The notes beneath the pieces were generated by a model that saw nothing but the letters and a program-made list of their open reading frames with translations, was not told the origin of the DNA and did no database searches. Both the position numbers and the translations under genes were made by a program. A stretch of 63,680 bases of DNA, the filler included. It is 14 parts of 14 records of this genome, joined end to end, with 100 filler letters (N's around TTAATTAATTAA, not from the genome) between each part and the next. Parts side by side here need not be neighbours in the genome. Positions count along the whole stretch, not along the records: positions 54,050 to 59,558 come from SRR7504441_57668; positions 59,659 to 63,680 come from SRR7504441_57689; 12 more parts are not named here. The stretch is one strand, 5' to 3'. Of the stretch, positions 57,852-63,680 are shown piece by piece; within the stretch, counting starts at the first letter, position 1, and each line of letters opens with the position of its first letter.

Positions 57852-59291
57852 CTAATCTGCAATGTGGATGCAAGATTGTCTGCAATGCTGACCATCCTCG
57901 TTGTAGTAATCGTGGTTTAAGCCAATGGCGAGCCTCCAACCTGCGCTCGACAGGCTTAGCACGTGATTGTATCCCCAAATCTGGTGCTGCTCGTGCTCCT
58001 TGTTCGTGTAAAGGGCGTGCAAGCCCACCAGCCGCCATGACAACAAGTCTAATTTGTCAATGTTGAAATTTTCAAAGGTGAGCAGAGGAGAGACTGCCAA
58101 ATAAGGCTCCTCTTGGTCCTGTTGACAAGCCACAACGAGCCGTCCTCCGACCGGTGCAATATCCGTTATCTTGACACTCGGCTCGCAAAATGCAGGGCAG
58201 TTCCACGGCTCAATCGCAACCTGCTGGCCATCGAACCGGACTAGACAGCCAGTAGCGGTGCTGAGATTGATGTATGCTATGTTATCGTGATCAATGGAGC
58301 ATAGAGTGAAAGCACGAGAGTGACTGGTCAGGTCACCTAGTCTGAGATGTGAACCGCACAGCGCTGACATTTGGATCGGAGCAGATTCCGAGCCGTCCAA
58401 ATCGTTGCCAATCCCGACTGCGTACGCCTGGTACAACACTGCTGTGCTGAGCCCGTCTGAAAAGAGTACGTGCAGCCGCGCAGACTCCCATAGCAGACGC
58501 AACACCCTGACAGACGGGCCTTCGCACGCCAATTGGACTGCCGCTTCATCCGATTTTGGCTGGCCGCGCTCGGTGCACCAGAAGCGGAAGCGAAGGGTGT
58601 TTGGCTCGTCGGTTCGCACGGTGCAAAGCATGGTCTGGTCGGGGCTGAGACAAATGGCGGCGGGGTACAAGCTTGCCGGCAAGCTGTATTCACATCCGTG
58701 CAGTCCGTTGCTCAGATCGATTCTGTAGGCTACGACTCTCTGCCGTTCGGACAAATACAGGAGCCGGTGTCGGGCGCACCAGAGCATGCTGTAACTGGTT
58801 CGGTACTCAGCGTGCTCAAGCTCCCGAGGCAAGATACGGCGAGTCCCGTGGGTGGTGACCGGACCCGGCCGCCAGCCCACCGCCGTCCGCAGCACATAGC
58901 TCAGCGGCTGACCATGTGGTGCGCGCCACTGAAGCCGCTCCAATCCACGCACCGTCCCTCGGAGCGCCTGGCAAACCGCGGTGCATCGTTGCAGCCCGAG
59001 CGCGTTGGCAGGCGGAATCTGCCGCTCGACTGCTTCGGGCACCAGCAGGTTGAGTACATAAGCCCAGGCCTGGGGCGAGAAGGCGCTGCCCGCATTCTGC
59101 CAGGCCGCCCGTTCCCGGTCCTGCCGGGCCTGCTCGAGCGCCCGGCGCACCTGGCTGTTCGAGAGCCGCCAGGGCCGATCGGACTGCGGGTTCACCCGCA
59201 GGATGCGCTTTGCCTGGCTGGCGCTGATGCTCAGGTCGGGCAGCAGCCCAGCTGCGGCCACGAGCTCGTCAAAACTCGGCTCGTCTGGCAT
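57852..59291 (-). CDS. Hypothetical protein (possible F-box-like segment plus beta-rich C-terminus)
   Basis: Long ORF from MPDEPSFDEL; no family recognised. Confidence 0.5.
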   Translation of the reverse strand: MPDEPSFDELVAAAGLLPDLSISASQAKRILRVNPQSDRPWRLSNSQVRRALEQARQDRERAAWQNAGSAFSPQAWAYVLNLLVPEAVERQIPPANALGLQRCTAVCQALRGTVRGLERLQWRAPHGQPLSYVLRTAVGWRPGPVTTHGTRRILPRELEHAEYRTSYSMLWCARHRLLYLSERQRVVAYRIDLSNGLHGCEYSLPASLYPAAICLSPDQTMLCTVRTDEPNTLRFRFWCTERGQPKSDEAAVQLACEGPSVRVLRLLWESARLHVLFSDGLSTAVLYQAYAVGIGNDLDGSESAPIQMSALCGSHLRLGDLTSHSRAFTLCSIDHDNIAYINLSTATGCLVRFDGQQVAIEPWNCPAFCEPSVKITDIAPVGGRLVVACQQDQEEPYLAVSPLLTFENFNIDKLDLLSWRLVGLHALYTNKEHEQHQIWGYNHVLSLSSAGWRLAIGLNHDYYNEDGQHCRQSCIHIAD

Positions 59292-59658
59292 CGCCGTACT
59301 GACCACAGTGACCACCCGGCGAGTACTGCGAGCAGGCCGTTGTCCGTTATGGCGGACCGGCCGGGAGATTGTCAGTTGTGCCCGAGACGGCATAGTCCGG
59401 ACATAGTGCAAACCTCGCTGCAGGAGATGATGGCCGACAACCAATCTATCGACCTCGACGCACTCATGCTCGCCGATCTGCATCGGGTTCAAGTGGACAC
59501 AAGTAGGCCGGGGGGTCAGTTGTTGTCTGACCTGCTGGCGCGGCTGGACGACCACGTCNNNNNNNNNNNNNNNNNNNNNNNNNNNNNNNNNNNNNNNNNN
59601 NNTTAATTAATTAANNNNNNNNNNNNNNNNNNNNNNNNNNNNNNNNNNNNNNNNNNNN

Positions 59659-60632
59659 ACCAGTTTAACTCGGATAAGTCGTATTCTACAACGGCCGAAT
59701 CATGAGATTGAGCATCCCGACTCTGCGGTTCTTGCCATCTAGGGTCATCGGATACTCGCCCGGCTTCCCCGTATTGTAGCAACCCTCTATCTGCTCGACG
59801 CAGCTCCATCCAAGTGAGTCGTCCAAAGCATCCTTGACATGCCGGTCAAGCCATGGATCAAACGGGCTCTGGCGCGAGTCCCAGCACCTACGATCAATCA
59901 ACAGCAGCCGGCATCATCGTACTCACCCCTGGGATATCCGATACTCCTGCCCTTTGACTATCTCGACCGGCTCATCCAGCCGCTCAAAGGCGAACCCATC
60001 AAGAATCTGCCCCACAGTCCGGCGGGACAGCATACCAGCCGCACCAAGCTTGCTGGCCCGACCTTTGCCAAGCAGATTCGCCGCTTCTTATTCCACAAAT
60101 TCACCACGGTGGCACCCGTCAGCCGCTTCCCGTACCCGCCTGCCCGAACGGTGGGCTGCCCAACCAGCCGGGCTGCACTTACGCCCGAGTGCAAACACAG
60201 TGAAGTCGACCGTGGCTACAAATTTAAACCCGACCTCGCCGTGCCAGTTGTCCCTGTTTGGCTGGTTCCAGTCGGCTTTGTTCCACATCAGCCGGGGCAT
60301 AGAGCTCTGGTAAGCCGCCTTGAGCTCCCGTTCGGACACGACCACCACCGCGTCATCGCACACCCCAGTGTGGGCCCACAGCATCTCCGGGGCCAGCACT
60401 GCCCCCGCAAACTCGAGCGGCAGCTGGCGGGTGAGGTAGTCGTCAAATTTATGGTGCAGCCGGTCCGAGGCGTGCCGCACAATCAAGCCCGGGGCCAGCC
60501 GGTGCTGCAGCTCGCTCACTGGCCAGTCTAGGTCCACCGGCTCGGCCCGGCGCTGGCCGGACTCGAAGCACAGCTGCAGGGTGACTGTGCGGCCCGGATT
60601 CATCGTGGGCTCCTTTGAGGGGCAGCACCCCA
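59659..60632 (-). CDS. N-acylated (MGCC) protein with DUF4082-like beta domain, multi-exon
   Basis: GEVGFKFVATVDFTVFALG...VNLWN...FERLDEPVEIVKGQEYRIS after removing short introns. Confidence 0.5.
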
Positions 60633-60717
60633 TGACCCGGGGTCGATAGCCAATAGCCAAGCCGTTACTTTCTAACGGATTCGGTGTACCGGCATACCGG
60701 TAGAGTGCCAGTTGGCC

Positions 60718-62373
60718 ATGCGCCGGTTCGTGCCCTTCGCCTCAGATCCGTCACTGGACCGGCGCGGGCAGCCGATCGGGTCTCGGCTGGTGTCCACCTC
60801 CCCCAAGCGCTGGTGCGAGACCCTCGCGTGCGCCAATCGGGTGATCTGCCCCGGGGCGTACCACTGCGCCGAGTGTCTGCCGGAGCTCGAGATCATGTCC
60901 AACCTGCTGGCCAACCTGCGCGACCCGGGGCTGCTGCTCCGGGCGCTCCGATTCTGGCGGAATCAGCTGCTAGCTCGCGCATGGAACAGCCACCAGGCCC
61001 TGGCCCGGTCTAGAGCCGAGCTGCGCCGGGCGATGCGGCGAGCCGTGTGCTGCTGGTCAGCCCGGGCGGCGGCCAAGGCAATCAGGAGCTGGCGACAGAC
61101 GTGTGCAGCTCTTCAGGCAGCGCAACGGCGGCAAAGGCGGTCGCTGGGCAAGGCGGCCAATTTCTGGGTTAGTCAGTTGGTCGGCCGAGCTTGGCGCAGC
61201 TGGCGGGAAAAGTACGGAACGGGCGAGCTCGAGACCATGATGGATCCAGCCGAGGAGCGGTCACTCCGCAGCGCGTGGAGGTTTTGGCATAATCGGCAGC
61301 TGGGCAAGGGCTGGATCAGCTGGCGGGAAAAGTACGAAACCGGTGAGCTCGGAATCATGTGGGAAGAGAGGCAGGAGCGTGCAATGGGCCGAGCTATCGG
61401 GCGCTGGCGGATTGCGCACCTCGGGAAGGCCTGGAGCAGCTGGCGGGGTAAGCACCTGTCAGGCGAGCTTGCGCGCGCGCTGGATGTGAGGCAGGAGCGC
61501 GCCATGGGCAAGGCCGTTGGATTCTGGCGGAACTGCCTGCTCTCCCGGGCCTGGACGAGCTGGCGGGACAAGCACGAGGCGGGGGAGCTCGGGCGAACCC
61601 TGGACGAGAGGCGAGAGCGGGGGATGGAGCACTGGCGGGTCCGGAGGTTGGGACGGGCGTGGCTCCGGTGGGTGCTGGCTCATCTGGCAGGCGACTTGGG
61701 CGCCGATTGGGAGGCCGAGCTGGCCCAGTCGCTAGACAGCGCGGCGGTGCACTGGCGGGTCCAGCGGCTGAGCAAGGCCTGGCGCAGATGGCGGGACAAA
61801 TATACTGCCGGGGTGCTTCCTAGCCGGGCGGAGCTGCTTCTAGAGCAGATTGCGATCGGTTACTGGGTGAATACACAGGCCTGGCGGGCCTGGCACCGGA
61901 TCCGAGGCTGGTACCTTGCCGACACCTGGCCGCGGTGGGAACAGCACAACTTCTCAAGTGTCGGTTGCAATGTGTCGGCATGGTATCAGCACCCGGGGCC
62001 GCGGTCGCCACCGATCCGGCACTACTATTCGGTCTGGCACGAGGCCGAGTGCGTTGGGTGTAACAAGGAGCAGGGTCCCTGGCCCCAAATGGACCCTCAA
62101 CTGGCTGCTCAGCTCGAAGCGCTCCGCAAAGGCCCGCATTATCAGGAGGCCGATCGTCCGGTTGAGCCGGATCATGCGGATCTGGACGGCCTCCAGCCCG
62201 AGCCACTCGCACTGCGTGTGACGGCGCCGCCACCAGCTGAGAGCTGCCCGGAGCGGACTTTGGAGCCGACGGGCAGATGGACGAGCAAGAGGCATGTTGC
62301 TTGCAAGGATGTGAGTGAGTGGCGGGCGAGGATGGATCGGCAGTTCGATGAATACAAGCGACAGCACGGCTGA
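60718..62373 (+). CDS. Sfi1-like centrin-binding repeat protein
   Basis: About 9 repeats of A...W....L.(K/R)AW..WR.K, matching the Sfi1-type A-x7-LL-x3-F/W-x2-W pattern. Confidence 0.7.
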   Translation: MRRFVPFASDPSLDRRGQPIGSRLVSTSPKRWCETLACANRVICPGAYHCAECLPELEIMSNLLANLRDPGLLLRALRFWRNQLLARAWNSHQALARSRAELRRAMRRAVCCWSARAAAKAIRSWRQTCAALQAAQRRQRRSLGKAANFWVSQLVGRAWRSWREKYGTGELETMMDPAEERSLRSAWRFWHNRQLGKGWISWREKYETGELGIMWEERQERAMGRAIGRWRIAHLGKAWSSWRGKHLSGELARALDVRQERAMGKAVGFWRNCLLSRAWTSWRDKHEAGELGRTLDERRERGMEHWRVRRLGRAWLRWVLAHLAGDLGADWEAELAQSLDSAAVHWRVQRLSKAWRRWRDKYTAGVLPSRAELLLEQIAIGYWVNTQAWRAWHRIRGWYLADTWPRWEQHNFSSVGCNVSAWYQHPGPRSPPIRHYYSVWHEAECVGCNKEQGPWPQMDPQLAAQLEALRKGPHYQEADRPVEPDHADLDGLQPEPLALRVTAPPPAESCPERTLEPTGRWTSKRHVACKDVSEWRARMDRQFDEYKRQHG

Positions 62374-62630
62374 CCAGAGCCAGATAGCATGACATGTACA
62401 TTAATATAATTAATGATATAAGCTTTACTCAATCCTGATTCAGTACTGACTTACTGGACAATACGCTATCGCCCAACCTGTACAATCGTACCTGGTACTA
62501 AGTCTTGGTATTTCTTGGTATTACTCAGTAGGTTGTATCAGTGGCTACAATCATGAATGTTGCAGCTCTTTACCGTTACCGGTAGTAATATCCGTTATCG
62601 CCCAACCGGCGCCAACCTGCGGACCGCATC

Positions 62631-63665
62631 ATGGTCCACTTTCAGGCCTTGTTCGTCTGTGGGTTCCTGTTCGGCTCGGGGCTGGCCTCTTTACCGTCGG
62701 TGCCGGTGTTCCAGAAGGGCGAACGCGGCTACGTCGGGATGCGTATCCCTTCGGTGCTGCTGCTGGCGGACTCTGGGGCGCTCCTGGCGCTCTGCGAGTG
62801 CGGCCAGCCCCACTTCTCCGGTGGTTTGGTCAACACCGGCTGCGACATCTGCTCCAAGAAGTCTACGGACGGCGGGGCCAGCTGGGGGCCACTCCAGGTG
62901 GTGATCAAGAACTCCAGCCAACCCAGCCCGGTGTATGATCCGGTAAGCAAGGCGGTGGTGCTCAACTTTAACGGCGCCCCCCACTGCCTGGAGGCCAACG
63001 GCTGCGGGTTCAACCTGCAGATGACCAGCACTGACGATGGCGATAGCTGGGGCCCACCCGTCCCACTTGATGGGTTCCTCGGGCCTAAAGGGCACGCGGC
63101 TGCCGGTCCTGGCGTGGGGCTCGCGCTGACGGTGGGGCCACACCAGGGCAGGCTGATGTTCATCGGACACCGCGGCGCGTACGTCGAGGACTCGGTGTGG
63201 TTCACGGACAACGGAGGAGCGACATACAATACCTCAGCAAGCGTGCTGCCCAAAATGGACGAAGCTCAGCTCGTCCAGAACAGCGACGGGCTCGTAATTG
63301 CAAACATGAGATGGCTCGGGAGCGCCACAAAGGGCCGGGCGGTGGCCACATCCAGCGACGGCGGGGCCACCTTCTCAGAGATCACGTATGATTCGCAGCT
63401 GCTCACCAGCGTCTGTCAGGCCAGTATCTTCCGATCAAATTCCAATGGCCTGATTTACTATGCAGCGCCCTCAGCATCCGGACGGAAAGCCGGAACGATC
63501 CGCCGGAGCCAGACTGGCTTGCCCGGCTCATGGCAGAACAGCACCGTGGTTGTCACCGACGGCACATTTGCATACTCTTGCCTGACTGATGTACCGCAGA
63601 CCGGCAAGGCTGGCTTGCTTTGGGAGTCGGACCATGGGATCGTTTTCTCCCTCTTTGACCTATAG
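62631..63665 (+). CDS. Secreted sialidase/neuraminidase (GH33)
   Basis: Signal peptide, RIPS, Asp-boxes STDGGASW, STDDGDSW, TDNGGATY, SSDGGATF, and AYSCL. Confidence 0.88.
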   Translation: MVHFQALFVCGFLFGSGLASLPSVPVFQKGERGYVGMRIPSVLLLADSGALLALCECGQPHFSGGLVNTGCDICSKKSTDGGASWGPLQVVIKNSSQPSPVYDPVSKAVVLNFNGAPHCLEANGCGFNLQMTSTDDGDSWGPPVPLDGFLGPKGHAAAGPGVGLALTVGPHQGRLMFIGHRGAYVEDSVWFTDNGGATYNTSASVLPKMDEAQLVQNSDGLVIANMRWLGSATKGRAVATSSDGGATFSEITYDSQLLTSVCQASIFRSNSNGLIYYAAPSASGRKAGTIRRSQTGLPGSWQNSTVVVTDGTFAYSCLTDVPQTGKAGLLWESDHGIVFSLFDL

Positions 63666-63680
63666 AGCGCTTGTTTATTA

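Noticed and set aside
4799-59658. Regularly recurring TTAATTAATTAA flanked by Ns as a repeat array or CRISPR
   Set aside because: Artificial six-frame-stop linkers joining contigs; gene neighbourhoods across them are meaningless.
59839-60531. 230-aa plus-strand ORF
   Set aside because: Antisense shadow of the spliced minus-strand MGCC gene; typical of GC-rich DNA.

Overview
This window is not a continuous locus. It is 14 short contigs (about 3-6.5 kb each) joined by 13 artificial 100-nt linkers (N44-TTAATTAATTAA-N44). The DNA is from a GC-rich, very compact unicellular eukaryote, most likely a marine protist MAG/SAG; the lineage cannot be determined from sequence alone. About 35 protein-coding genes are present. 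Many are split by tiny spliceosomal introns (32-60 nt, mostly 37-45 nt) that the ORF track misses. Recognisable products include two PA14+GH63-like glycosidases, MGME1-like nuclease, FEX fluoride exporter, NSUN methyltransferase, nucleotide-sugar transporter, PGAP1, dimethylglycine/sarcosine dehydrogenase, Cu-ATPase, sialidase, an Sfi1-like protein, two beta-lactamase-family hydrolases and a Cys-loop channel fragment. The most unusual signal is the splicing system: roughly a quarter of hand-reconstructed introns have non-consensus GC donors, acceptors are G-rich without a pyrimidine tract, and there is a 5-nt micro-exon. One gene has five introns carrying distinct shared or palindromic motifs (introner-like). 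Also notable are a hairpin-dense intergenic region with a CTAACCCT telomerase-template-like octamer, ~210-bp diverged direct repeats flanking an F-box/LRR gene, several unusual domain fusions, and bacterial-type genes. All family calls come from recognising motifs by eye, not from database searches.
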